Shown here one piece after another: positions 13,150 through 25,879 of a stretch of 64,000 nt of DNA. This DNA comes from Camelus ferus. Its lineage: Eukaryota. The position numbers and the translations under genes were made by a program. The stretch spans positions 99,078,001 to 99,142,000 of the forward strand of contig NC_045697.1 of NCBI RefSeq assembly GCF_009834535.1, given 5' to 3'. Positions within the stretch are counted from its first letter, which is position 1, and each line of letters starts with the position of its first letter. The notes below the pieces were generated by a model. That model worked only from the letters and a program-made list of their open reading frames with translations. It ran no database searches and was not told the origin of the DNA.

Positions 13150-14143
13150 TCGACTATTCTGTCACCCAATTCCATTGATTTATTCTTTTAAGTATCTTTC
13201 ATATTCATTCACTTTTCTCCATCCATATGGACATTCCCCAAGGCCAGGTCACATCTCCTGCCACAATATTCCATCCCAGCAGAGCCTTTTAGATCTACAC
13301 TAGTGATTCTCCCCCATTGGCCCACGAGGAAGTCAGAGTGATCTTTTGGAAACAAATCTCACCACCAAACTTTTCAGCCTAAAACCCTTTAGTGACTCCT
13401 CATCCTTTTTATAAAACCAGGCTTCACCTCAGCACCGCTGACATCTTGAGCGAGATAACTCTTTGTTGTGGGGCTGCCCTGTGCGCTGCAGGGTGTTTGG
13501 CAGCATCCCTGGCTTCAGCTCACCAGATGCCAGTAGCAGCCCACTCCCCAGTTGTGACAAGTCCAAATGTCCCTGGTAGGGGTGGGGGGCGGGAGGCAAA
13601 ATCGTCTTAGTTGTTAACCTCTGGTCTCATGTGATCACACTTGATGTGGCCCCGAATAGTGGCCACCCTCTCCCGGGTCTTTATGTCACAGCCACGCTGG
13701 GCTGCTCTCAGCATCCTCGGACCACGCCCCAGCCTTTCCCACTTCAGGCTTTTGACGGCTGTTCTCAGCTTAGAACATCCCCCTTTCTCCTGCCTGTCCA
13801 CCCCCAACACACACACCAGCACACCATTCACCCACCTCACGCTTTATTATCGGTCCTCAGCTGAAACGTCACTTTTGTGAAGGCGCCTCTGGCCTCCCAG
13901 ACCAGCTGAGTCCCCTGAGGCAATGTTCCCATGGCAGCTGTGACTTCTCACTCACAGTGTCCGTCACAGTGATCGTGAGCTAATTAGCCTCGGGAAGCCC
14001 TGTTAATGCTTGTCCTTACACCTCCGTAAACTCCACCGGAGCAGAGCTGCTGTCATCCTGCTCAGCCCAGTGTCCCAGTACTTGGCACAGGACTTCGTGT
14101 GTGGCAGGTCTCAGTGCATTTGATAAAGAATGAATGAATGAAT
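13150..14143 (+). mobile_element. L2 3' region, interrupted by MER20
   Basis: cagagtgatctttt ... agtacttggcacag ... ends in (aatg)n at 14128-14143, the typical L2 3' end. Confidence 0.65.
13418..13623 (+). mobile_element. MER20 (hAT-Charlie) DNA transposon
   Basis: gataactctttgttgtggggctgccctgtgcgctgcagggtgtttggcagcatccctggc...ccagatgccagtagca...cccagttgtgacaa. Confidence 0.8.
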
Positions 14144-16419
14144 GGGCAGATCCACTTCTGTGTATTCTTGAGAATATTCAGATCCCTTCCTTTCTTTGCT
14201 TTAGATTTCCCTCTGTCACTGAAGTAGGCTGTCACTGCAGGCATGGGGGAAGTTCCCATTCACTGATGTTTTACCAACCAAACTGCCTGATCCTGAGAAT
14301 TTTCCAGACTCCGTCCAGCTCTTTGACCTGCTCCTTTACAAAGAATTTATGTCAAATACTTGGCAGAGTACTTTTTAATTTTACTAAACTACTCTAGAAG
14401 CAGAGGTGCACTGAAGGATCAAATAAAAATCCAAGGTCTGATACTTGATTCCTCAAAATACTTACTGGAAAATGGAACCGATCTCCTCTGTTGGCTGTTT
14501 GCCCACCAGATGGGGTTTCTGTTGTCTTTTTCACTGCTTGCTCCTGACTACCTTGTGCTGCCTCCATCAGGGATGCCAAATTGGAAGTGTCGTGTCCTGT
14601 TTTGGGACCCTTTCTCAATGAAATGTAAGCCTCTAGGGCAGAGCCTTGTTTTGAGTGGGTCAGGACGAAGGGTTAAATCCTGGTAATTTTTACATTTAAG
14701 CACCTGTAGTTTTTGCTCCTACCACAAGGCTCTTGCTGGAAATGGTCAATATGTTATTTCTGAAAACCTGACATTTTTCAGGGCATCGTTTAGAAATGAT
14801 TCTGTCGAACAGTTTCTGTTAACTGACTTGGTTCCAGTTTTGCTGATGTGCGGTCCAAGAGGCGTCTGGAAAGCTGGAGGAGGAAGCTACAACTGAGTCC
14901 TGAGGCCAGTTGGTCCTGAAAACTCCCAGCTTCCTTCCAAGGTTGGAAGTTCTGGTAACCCTGGGATTTACTCCCCCTGGTGGTTTGACAAAATACAACT
15001 TCCGTTGATGGAAAAGACAAAGTTTGAGCAACAGCGCCCAGCCCCGAATGTGCAGCTCTTCAGAATCTCCTGATTGCCAATCAGGGATGAAAAGAGATGA
15101 TAAGCCATTAGGTCCTCTGAGGAGAGGGTGGGAAGTGGAGGTGAGGGGCGCAGAAGGGCAGATGAAGCTGTTTTGTCTGGAATTCCGGTCCCAGAAACCT
15201 GCCAGAGACTGAAATTATGATAAAGCCCCCAAAATAAAGGTGAGAACCAAACATAATCTAAGTGAAAGCAGGAGGGATAAACGAAAAGAAAGGAAAAGAA
15301 AAGAGAAAACCAGGCACGCAATCTGTGAAATTCCTTATCCTCTTGCTAAGGCAGCAGAACAAAACAGTCCCAGGCCCTGAAGCCCGTGCTGACGTTACAC
15401 TAGGGTTTTCCTGTTTTGTTTTGTCACGTTTCTTCTGCACGACCTGGCTGGGCCTGCGTGCGATCTGATAGATGGGTGTGCTGTGAGTCAGGTTATGCCA
15501 GGTGGGGCTGCGGTGTAATTACAGTGGTTTAGCGTCAGCCCCGTTGTGGGTGTAGCGCCACATGTCAAAGCACGACCTGCTTTTAACTGTTTGTATTCTG
15601 TGACATTTTGTGTCTTATCAAGAGTGGGAAGAGCTGCCCTTTCCTTTTGCCCTAACAAGCCCAGAGAGACAGGAGGGGAAGCCATGGTGCCTCCTTTTTC
15701 CTTAAGTGGCCCAATCGCACTGCACCCTCTTTGTGCTAGATTTCTTTCCTGCCTACAGAGGATGCCTAATGAAGGCACTGGGCAACGCACGAGAGACAAA
15801 CTAACGTTAAGCCTTAAGGACAAGCCCGAGAAAATGCCACGTTTTAGTTCAGACGAGGTAAGCTCTCCTCCTTGGGTGCACAGACATCTCAGCAAGTTCT
15901 CAGTGGCAGTAGTTGGCCCTGCTGGTATCACAAAATCCAAGAGATTTCTCAGTTAAGTTGGTATTTATTTCAGAAAGGCCCTTGGTGATTCTAATGTGAG
16001 AACGGCCACGTCTGGATGGACATCACAGCCAGTTAGCGGGCGAGTACCAGCGGACCTGATGTGGAATTAGCTGTCACAGGCTCCAGCCAGACTTCTCTCT
16101 GCTGGGGTTTCAGGGCACCCCTTCTCCTCCACCTCAGTCTCAATCTTTCTCCTGTGTCTGCTTTCTCCTCCTTCCTCCACCCAGGCACCCCTGAAATCCC
16201 TCCTGTGGAAATCTCCCTACACTTCTCCTGGGCTGCACCCTGAGGCCCCCAGGACCCCATTCCTCCTACCCTCACCTTTTCCCTCCTGCTGCAGAACCTT
16301 CCATACCCGTTCCTCCTCCTTCCTGGACCCCTGTGGCACTCACCTGGGCTTCCACCAGTTTGTTCCTTCCTTCCCCCACCCCCACCCCGAGAGGGTGTGT
16401 GATCTTTCTTCTCTTTGGG

Positions 16420-16950
16420 AGGCAGTGAGATGGAGTAATTAGACCAGTTCCCAAAGTTCTCTGGGTCTCAGTGTCCTTATCTGTAAAATGAGAATAACTC
16501 ACAACCCCATAGCAGTGTTGTGTGAGCTGTGTGAGGCTGTGGCTGCTTAACCAACATGAAACTGATGTTCAGTAGTGGATCCTGGATGAGGCCTGGAAAT
16601 CTGCATGTTTACATCGCCTCAGGTGACGGCAGTGCGTGGTGAGGACCATACTGAGAATCACTGGTTAAGGCAGGGGTTTTCCACCTTGGCTGAGCGCTAA
16701 AATCATCTGGGGAGCTTTTAAAAAATGCAGGTGCCCAGGATGAACCCGAGACCAGGTAAATCAGAGTTGCTGTGTCGGGGGAGAGCTAAGCACCAGTATT
16801 TTTAATGACCCCCAGGTGATTCCAATGTGCAGCAGAAGTTGAGAGCGAGGGCTTTGGGAACATCAGGACTGGGTTGTACTGATCTTGGGCAAGTCACTAA
16901 CCTCTGAGTCTCAGTTTCTCCATCTGAAAAATGGGAATAAAACATGTGCT
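16420..16950. mobile_element. Cluster of MIR and MER5-type fragments
   Basis: MIR cores (ctcagtgtccttatctgtaaaatg; ctcagtttctccatctgaaaaatggg) flank MER5-like sequence (aaatctgcatgttt...ccccaggtgattccaatgtgcag). Confidence 0.6.
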
Positions 16951-17147
16951 TCATTGCTGGTGAGGCAGGTGAGTTGAGACAGTTCTGTCCAGGGCCTGGC
17001 TCGCTCCTCCCCTTCTGTTGTGTGGAACTGGGAGCTGGTGGTGGGGGTAGACATCAGAGCCCCCATCAGATGGAGGCCTGTCCACGGTGCCTCGGCCCTC
17101 AGAGTTCAGGGAACTCCTGCTTCTTGCTGCTCTGGTCCCAGTAAGTT

Positions 17148-17283
17148 AATTTTTAAATTTTTTTTGTGGGGAGGGAGGTAATTAGGTTTCTTATTTATTT
17201 ATTTTAATGGAGGTACTGGGGATTGAACCCAGGACCTCGTGCATGCTAACTAAGCACACGTTCTTCCACTGAGCTACACCCCT
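17148..17283 (-). mobile_element. vic-1-like SINE with TSD
   Basis: ggaggtactggggattgaacccaggacctcgtgcatgct...cactgagctacacccc; flanks cagtaagtt and cagcaagtt. Confidence 0.8.
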
Positions 17284-17635
17284 CAGCAAGTTTATGAATC
17301 CAGCTCTGAGCATGGCCCATGGGGAGCCTGGCTTCCTTCCATGGGGCAGGGCAGGAAGTTTACTCCAACAACCCAGTTTTAAAGCACTTCCTTCCAAATG
17401 CTATTCAGTTAAAAAAAATGAGTAATAGTTAAACGAGAGGCAAAAGAGTAGTGTTAATTCCTTTTGTGGTGGTTCAAGTGCCAATATGTGGCATAAACAT
17501 CACTTATTAGTTAAAATTTCATTGAACATTCAGCCACCTGAGAACATGGCCACCATTTATAATACCATTTATAATATTACTTCCATGAGAATATGTGTTT
17601 CAAGGTCCATTCAGCTTACAAATCCCCGTTTTGGG

Positions 17636-17725
17636 ATATGAGTGTATGTGAGTGTGTGAGTATATGTGTGTGTTAGTGTGTGGGAGTGTTTAGGAGCGGG
17701 TGTGTGTATGGATGTGTGTGGATCT

Positions 17726-17772
<47 letters not shown>
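17636..17772 (+). repeat. (TG)n microsatellite with a degenerate 5' part
   Basis: Pure TG run at about 17731-17772. Confidence 0.95.
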
Positions 17773-17775
<3 letters not shown>

Positions 17776-19561
17776 AGGGCTGTGTGTGCTGGGGGTTGTC
17801 AGTGAGGATTTCTGATTCCCCTCGCCAGATTCTGCTTTACTTTAGCCTCTCCCAAATCTTATGGAAACTTAAGACAACTCAAGTTCAGATCTTCTATTAC
17901 TGTCCAAGGCCATTTGGAAGCCATTCAAGTGCTCTGTTTCCATTCTTCTGGGAAATCCTCGCAGTCTGGGTAGCTATTAGGATGTTCTGTGACCATCCAC
18001 TTCCTTGTCCTTCTCCACAAATTGATCTTGTCTCCTCTGCGTCCACCAGGCCTGAGGTGGGTGGTGCAGCAGAGGGACCTCGTGGACCCCCTGCCACGTG
18101 CCAGGCTCTGTGCTGTTTGCCTCCCTCACATTATTTCGTTAAGTCATCAGAGGGACCCTGTATGATTATTTCCCTTTGAGAACGCACGTCCAAGGACGTT
18201 TAGCAACTTGCCCACAAGTACAGGGATGCAGGCCTAGATCACCAGCTCGAAGCCTGTGCTCCCCTCACTAACACTTCCCTGGGGACTGATCTTTCCTTTC
18301 CTTTCTGCTCTTTTAAGTCCCTGACTTTGAGCCTGCTTGGGACGTTCCTGGTGTTGGATGACAGGCAGTTTCTGTCTGAGGCTTGCTGTAACCGGTCTGT
18401 AATCCCCTGCTCTGTGCCCTGCCCGTCCCAGGGCAAAGGTCTCCCCGATGGGGGAAGACGCCTTTGCCCTCTTTGGCTTGGTTTTCCACACGCAGGGTCA
18501 CAGAGCAAGGTGCTCCAGCTTCTGAAGGGGAGAGAATATTCTGCAGGACCTCTGCGATTCCCTACATTTGCAACATGTAGGTTGAGGTACAATTTCAAGT
18601 TTGGTTTATCTGAGCTTTGTTTAAACACTTGCTGAGTTGTTCTGGTATTTTCAGTTGGTCAGGACTTCCAGCAAGAGAATGCAATAAACACTAAGCACAC
18701 GGAGAGCCTTATGCAGTCTAGTTTTCGGTCAGGTGTATTATGGTCCTTGATAATTGCGATCGCTCTGTTTCTGGGCATCCTTGGGAATGCGGTGGGTTTC
18801 CTGTCTCTCTCTGTGCCAGGTCTGTTGGCAGCAGAGATAGCTGCTGAAGTGCCAGTGGAAACCAGGACAGTGAGCTGTAGTTTTTGGAGAGACAGGGATA
18901 GAACATGAGGGTGAGGCCAGGGGATAACGGGTGGGGGTGGTGGGGAGAGGATGCAGTTGGTCTGAGAGAGAATATTTCTGTAGTTAAATAGATCATATCT
19001 TTTCATCTATTAGCAAAACTATTCAGAAATAGTTACATTTAGAGTTTACATTTCATGAAAACAGCTCTTTCACGTGGTTTGGGATTGTTTTTCTATTACC
19101 ACACTGTGGCCTCTCTGTTTTGCCTTGTCCAGAGTACAATTTTTGTAACAGTGATTAATAAGCGAAACTCTCAGAAACCCTTGCAGATTTCTTTGAGTTT
19201 ATATAGGTAATACAAATATTTTAAAAAACACTTTAAAAACTTTACAACTTTAAAAACACTGCAACTCTTGATATGTTGTTTCTTCTTTTGTTTTTCTTTT
19301 CTTACCAAAATGTAAGGAATAGGACCCACACTAGAGGGATCTGTATGTATTATATTACCTTCAGTGAAAATGTTTTTCACCTTCACCCATCCAGGGGAGG
19401 TGGAGAGAGAAGCTCTGGTTCCTGTTGGTTTGTTAAATGCTATGGCAGTGTTTCAACTGTGGGATCATCTTGGAAGCTTTATCATCACAGAAGGTGATAA
19501 ATATTTCAAGATCCAAAGTTCCGTTGTTTCATACTTTCCTAGAGGCAGAAACTACACTGAC

Positions 19562-19900
19562 TTTCTTTCTTTTTTAATTGAAGTTTAGTTGATTTACAAT
19601 GTTGTATTAGTTTTTGGTGTACAGCCTTGTGATTCAGTTATACATACATATATTCCTTTTCATCATAGGTTATTACAAGATATTGAATGCATTTCCCTGT
19701 GCTGAACAATAGGACCTTATTGTTTATCCATTCCATACATAATAGTTTGTATCTGCTAATCCCAAATTCCTAATTTATCCCTCCCCCACCCTTTCCCCTT
19801 TGGTAACCATAAGTCTGTCTGCCTTTCTTTTTCTTTCTTTCTTCTTTCTGCATAGTCGATTTACAATGTTGTGTTAATTTCTGTTGGACAGCATAGTGAT

Positions 19901-19935
<35 letters not shown>

Positions 19936-20133
19936 CTTTTCATATTTTTTTCATTATAGGCTATAAGGTATTGAATATAGTTTCCTGTGCTATACAGTAG
20001 GACCTTGTTGTTTATTTAAGTTTGTTTTCTATGTCTGTGAGTCTCCCTTTGTTTTGTAAATAAGTTCATTTGTACCATTGCTTTTTAGATTCCACATATA
20101 AGGGATATCATATGATATTTGTCTTTCTCTGTC
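19562..20133 (-). mobile_element. Two nested or tandem L1 3' UTR fragments
   Basis: The 3' UTR motif gatttacaatgttgt...cag...gtgattcagtt appears twice, with a (TA)n run in the second copy. Confidence 0.75.
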
Positions 20134-20835
20134 CACTGACTTTTAAGACCTATGAAAGCAGATTACACATGAATGCACGGGGTTTCAAAGCACTTGAGGT
20201 ACTTTTTGTTATATCAACCATCTCTTAGGACCTGGGGATGGGGATCAACTGGGATTGGCTGGGAGAAGTCAGTAGGGAATGTCAGGATTTTTCCAGAAAG
20301 CGAGAGGAAGGGAAATCAATAGGAGCTAAAGAAGGTCATTCTGGAGTTGTTGTTTTTAACTAGTTCCCTAATATGGATGTACCTGAGCTTCTCAGAACAG
20401 CAGCTGATAACACCCAGAGGTTGTGGCCATCAGTCAGGACCCCCCATTCCCTGACTCACCTCTTCCTTCTGCTATTTCTCTTTCTTGGAGCAGTTGTCTT
20501 ACTCAGAGAGCCTTCGCTTGTCCACAGGGCCCAACCCAGACCTCTTCCTGGAGGCCTGTCATTTGGGGAAGTTATTTTAGTAGATGGTGATGTGGGTTCA
20601 GGGCGACTGGCTTGCAGTTTAGAATCCTGCCGTGTACTGAAGGTCAAAATCATTCAATCAAATACATGAGAAATTTCGGGGCTGTCCTGGGCTTCTAGCA
20701 TTTGTCTTCTTACAGAATCTTAGTCTCCAGTGGTTTCAAGAACAAATAAAAGCAGAGACAATGTGAAGAGACCAGCAGGGCACTGGGAGCAGACTTGGTT
20801 TATAACTATTTGTAAAGTAATCTCTGATTCCCTAT

Positions 20836-21215
20836 TGTTAAAAACAAGACAACAGGCCCCAAATGGAGTTGCTAAGGTTAAGCCCCATGTCACCAAACCT
20901 GACTTAGCTTACAGTTTCTGCTCACCCAGAGACGGGATCTTAAACCAGGAATTGCTTGCTCAGCACCAGTTAAGTATCCTGCCTGATAGATCCCTGCCAT
21001 TCTCTAAAGGAAAATAACCTTGCAATAACCCGTTCACTTTTTGCCAAGTATAACTTCCTCGTTCCTGCTCCCTTCTGCCTGTAAAGTCTTTCATTTTGTA
21101 CAGCTCCGTCAGAGGTCCTTTCTGTCTGCTGGATTGGATGATACCCGAATCGTGAATCACTGAATAGATCCATTAAGATCTTTAAAATGAACTCAGTTGG
21201 ATTTTGTTTTTAACA
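20836..21215 (+). mobile_element. Solo ERV1-class LTR (MER34/MER39-like), 380 bp
   Basis: TG...CA ends with 12-bp inverted termini tgttaaaaacaa/ttgtttttaaca; 4-bp flanks ctat/ccat. Confidence 0.75.
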
Positions 21216-21984
21216 CCATGTATGAGTGGTTCCTTGAATTCTGCTTTGAACTGGTTAAGATGTCATACTAGTTCTCGTTAAAGAATTCAATCAAATCTTT
21301 AATATGGTTTCATTTTATATTTGTACAAGAGGCATGACTTTTACCTTTAAAAAATATTTTTTAACATTAGGTACATAATATGCTGAATAGTTTTCTAGAT
21401 ACTTTATGGGTTTATTTAACAAACACACAGAACACATTTTTAGATGCCGGGTGCTGTTTGAAGTGTTTATGAATGTTAACTAGTTCAATCCTCATAACAG
21501 TCCTATTTCATTTAAAGTTCCCTTCAACCTTCATTAGCCCATCCTATCAAACTGAGGTTCAACTCCTGTCCAAGGCTGTGTCATCCTTAAGTGTCTGGGC
21601 TGGGAGCCCCAGTCAGGGCTTGTGTGAGGCTGAGACACGCCGGTTTTCCCAGGGGCACTGGGGCTCCCTCTAAGTGAGCTGGGGGACCCCAATTTTGTTT
21701 TGTGGGAAGCTGAATCTTTAAAGGGAAAAACAATTAAGTTGACAGAGGGGAGGGGCTGTGATGAATAGGTTCTGCAGAAGCAGCCCCCAGCTGTGGAAGG
21801 ACAGCTCCATCTGGGTGGTGTGGGGCATTGCTCTGGCAAAGGAGGGGCGCTGGACCTGCGAGGAGATCACGTGTTCTGTGTTTGCTACTGGAGGTCAATA
21901 AAAAAAATATTGGCCTACTTCTTTCCTCCAGGGCCCTCTTCCTTCTCAGAAAACATATGCTAGTTTTTTTTTTTTTTAATTTGT

Positions 21985-22242
21985 GGTACAAGCTTCCAGT
22001 TACAAGATAAATAAATCCTAGGGATGTAATGTACAGAATGATGACTAACAATAATGTATTGGTTATTTGAAAGTTGCTAAGAAAGTAGATCTTAAAAGTT
22101 CTCAGCACAAGAAAAAAATTGAAATTATATGAGGTGATGGATGTTAAACTTACTGTGATTGTTTTGCAATATGTACATATATCAAATCATGTTGTACATA
22201 TAAAACTAATACTATATGTGAGTCACATCTCAATGAAAAAAG
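21985..22242 (+). mobile_element. Older L1 (L1MA-type) 3' UTR end
   Basis: tacaagcttccagttacaagataaataaatcctagggatgtaatgtacag ... gaaagttgctaagaaagtagatcttaaaagttctc ... atctcaatgaaaaaa. Confidence 0.7.
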
Positions 22243-22559
22243 TTATGGTCACCACGATCATGGGAGAGTTAAGACAACAGTGGAGGCAGCATGGAACAGG
22301 GCTGAGGGCTCAGTTGGAATCCGTGGTACTTGGGTTCAAATCCTGGGTCTGCCATCTACTAGGGAATAAAGTTAGAATCAGTTTCAGTTAGCATGTAAAT
22401 CTCAGTAGGATTAAATACACTCTTCCATCTTTTCTCTTTTTTTCCACTGGAGGTGAGAAAGGTCTCAGCCAGGCCTTGGAGCCAGGGAGGGGACCAAAGA
22501 GATCCAGGGATTAGAAGTGAAGGAGAGGAAATTGGTTTTGAATTGGCTGAGGAGATGGT

Positions 22560-22868
22560 TTAACTGCAGGTGCTGCTGCTGGAGGGCTGATTCCACAGGT
22601 CGGAGCTCAGATACGAGAGACGTGAAGCCAGATCACGAAGCCAGTCCCCGCCAGGTGCAGCTCTGTCACTGACAGCCCGGACCCGCCTGCCTTCCTGGTT
22701 CAGGTTCCAGGGCAAAGGTTACTCAGCCGCTTGAGTCTCCATTTTTTTTTTTTTTTCTTTCTCAGCTCTGTTTGCCTTGTAAGGAATTCCGGTCAGCCTT
22801 GCCAAATCCGTTATCGTCCCCTGGATTTCTGCAGATAGTTCCGTGAACCAGAACGTTCCACGTGAAAA
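22560..22868 (+). promoter_or_regulatory. Probable MGST2 proximal promoter and 5' UTR
   Basis: Local CpG enrichment, GC-box-like ccccgcc/cccgcc, ARE-like GTGACagaGC on the minus strand at 22660-22669, CACGTG just before the ATG; no clear TATA box. Confidence 0.6.
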
Positions 22869-22926
22869 ATGGCCTGGAATTCGATCTTGCTGGCTGCCCT
22901 CTCTGTCCTCTCTGCTTGTCAGCAAA
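22869..22926 (+). CDS. MGST2: MGST2 coding exon 1 (58 nt, MAWNSILLAALSVLSACQQ+1 nt)
   Basis: ATG in the context gaaaaATGG; donor caaa|gtaaga at 22927; N-terminus also visible in the ORF track 22869..23063. Confidence 0.95.
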
Positions 22927-23316
22927 GTAAGAGCCCCAGGCCACGTGTGTGCTGGGGGAGGGGGAGGCGGGGAGGACGGGGAGGGGCGTGGGGAGGGAGG
23001 GTTTGGGGGTTTCATACTCACTTGCTGGTGGCCCGTGGCCTCTGCAGGGCACAGTGTGTTTAGGGTCATCAGCGTCTCCTTCTCTGCGGACGGGCAGAGT
23101 TTGGAACATTCCAGGAATTAATTCTCCCAGTGGGGACGCCGTGGGCCTTCCAAGCCCAGGGATTCTGCATCACCTATGATTACAACCCACAGCCCAGTGC
23201 AAGTGAGCATAGAAGTTAGCTAACCTGGGGGAGGTGAGCTATAAATGTTAATTAGGAGTGTTCCAGGCGTAATGTATCTGCTTATAAACCGTGGCTGTGA
23301 TTTCTTGAATGCAATC

Positions 23317-23412
23317 TTAATTTTACTTCTTGTTTTATTTATTTTAGTGGAGGCACTGGGGATTGAACCTTGGACCTTTTGCATGCTAAGCAAAACTGAG
23401 CTATTACCCCCC
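23317..23412 (-). mobile_element. vic-1-like SINE in intron 1
   Basis: ggaggcactggggattgaaccttggaccttttgcatgctaagca...ctgagcta. Confidence 0.75.
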
Positions 23413-24122
23413 ACCACCTTGAGCCCCAACCTTTTAATTAATGTGTGTTTCTAAGATAAGCTGCCTATGGCAGGTATGATTATCAGGTAAAAAAAAATCT
23501 GCAAAAATATGAGCTGCCAATTAAGTAATTAATTCTAAGTTTTAAAGTGCTTTCCCACTAGGATTATTCAATATCCCAATTGCCTGGTTAAATAGAGGGC
23601 TTCTTCTCCACTGGAGTCACATTTGCTCAATTCATATTATTGTAGGTACATGCTTACTTAAAAAGCAAAATGGGGAAAGGGACTGAGCCCTGGTGAGCAA
23701 GACTTACCAAGGACATGTATTTATTTATTTTCCCCAGTGTGCTTATACCAGGAAACAGGGTAGAATGATGGAGGCACACGGTTTAGGATTAAAGTCCTGC
23801 ACGCATACTCAATGGCAGACCTGCTAGCCAGTTTGTGAATTTACGAAAATGTTATACTTAAGACACATTTTGTGGTTTGATTCACCAAGGAGGATACTTA
23901 TTGCCAACTGAAGCAGCACCTAGTTTTCTGAAGCGCTGTGTACTGAGCCCCTGGTTCACAGAGACCTACATGTAGGCACTGCCCACCCGAGTGTGCAGAG
24001 AGCACGGGGGCAGGTCCACGGATGCCCCCAGGCTGACACAGCCTCTGCCATCTCTGCAGAGAGGCTCTGTTTGCTGGTGGGTGCAGGGGACAGTGTGAAC
24101 TGTGGCCAGGTCAGGCAGCTGG

Positions 24123-24212
24123 GTGTATGGCCATACCACCCTGAACGTGCCCGATCTCATCTGATCTTCGGAAGCTAAAGTGGGTCGGGCCTGGTTAGTA
24201 CTTGGGTGGGAG
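24123..24212 (+). pseudogene. 3'-truncated 5S rRNA pseudogene in MGST2 intron 1
   Basis: gtgtatggccataccaccctgaacgtgcccgatctcatctgatcttcggaagctaaagtgggtcgggcctggttagtacttgggtgggag matches the first ~90 nt of mammalian 5S rRNA with CpG-type substitutions; the last ~30 nt are missing. Confidence 0.93.
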
Positions 24213-25879
24213 GAGGAGACTGGGCCAGTGGTGGTTGGTGGTGGACAGGGAATGTTTAATAATGGTGGAGTGAGGCAGAGAGAGAGGGGGAGGGAGACAA
24301 TTGTTTAGTTGACATTTAGAACCAGAACTTGCTGCTTTAGCAAAAGTCTTCAAAGAGGATTAAACAGGACACTGGGTAAGACGTGCCCACTGTGGTGGGC
24401 CTAGTGCCCAGGGTTGGTGCTCAGCATGACCAGTTCTGGTCCTTGGCTGCTTCCCCACAGAGAGAAGCTTCTGCTGGATTGAGAGGCAGCCACGTGGTGA
24501 AGAAGCCCAGCTGCAGCTGGGAGGGTACGAGGTGGGGCCCTGATTCACTTCCCCAGCACACATGTGCTCCTGGAGAAAGCACAGGAAGAGGAAAGACAGG
24601 CAAAGCCAAAGGAGCTTATTCTCAAGTAGTTTTTAATCAACTCATAGGATGGGAAATAAAATGGAAGCTCTCCAGAAAAAGCAGCGTAGTAGCCTTTCCA
24701 CCCTCATCAGGCTGCCGCAGAGATAACCACGGTCACTCTGAGGCCCCTGACCTCAGAGCCAGCCCGACGGAGTCCTCCTCCTGGGGCTGTGGGTGGGCTG
24801 GGCCTTCCATTTACTGAAGCTCAATCCTCACATTTGCTGCTGCTCCACACAGGGGCAGGCCAGGTGCAGGGAACAACTGGGGAAAGACCTGCATGGCAAA
24901 GCTCTCACATACTCGGCTTCATTTGGAAGCTCCAGGTTCGGGCACCATTGCCAATATATAAATTTAGGGGCACACATATTTCACTGTTTCCATTTTATAC
25001 GTGAAACAAGAAGCCTTGCCTGGTGTTTTCTCTAAGGCTGTGGAGTTAGAAGCAGTGATAACAGGTAGGGTCCAGAATGGCCAAGTCCCAGTTTTCCCCT
25101 CCATAGGTAGATCTCCTTTTGGCTCCAGTGGAGCCCATGAGCCATTGGCCTCTCCAGATTTATGCTGCCTTGAAAAGGCAGCCCAGTGTTGGAAACCGTC
25201 AGAGCCCAGTCCCACACTTTTATTATCTTCTTTCTACTCTCCCAGACTTCGGGGATGCAACTACAGTTTGAATGAGAAAGATGCCTGTCCTCAGTGTTTA
25301 CACACTTTAGATGTTCAGCTGTAGCTTCTAAATCTAGACCAACCATTTATTTGTTGCAGAGCGGGAAGTCAGGGGAAGGGAAGTGGCCAGCTATGAGAGC
25401 CTTACTCAACCAGTATTTACTGACTTCTTGTTGGAGGGGAGAGAGGATCCTGTTACAGGAGGAAACACATGACCTCTAATACTGTCACACAATGGGAGAC
25501 TGAACCTGCAAACTTGGTGTGGAAAAGGAAATTATTTTAAAAATATTAGCAAGCAGGAAATGGATATTGAGGTACTAAGTTGGAGAGAACCAGTAAGAAA
25601 CTGAAACTGGAAGAAATAATCTGAAGGGAAATAACAGACCTCAGAAGTTAACTATGGGGTAAAAAGAGGGAGATAAGGACAGGAGGGGAAAACTACTGAT
25701 AAAGGATGAATGGTGGGCCTGAAAGTGAAAGAGTGTCACGGAAGTAATGATCAGAGGCAGGTGATTCCAGGCATCGGGATTTGATAATCTAAGGTAGTTT
25801 CCACGCAGTGAACAAAGGAGAGGAAAGTCATTTTGTAATAGGGAACCTGAGTCATGCAGGAAGCCATCATCCCCAGGTT

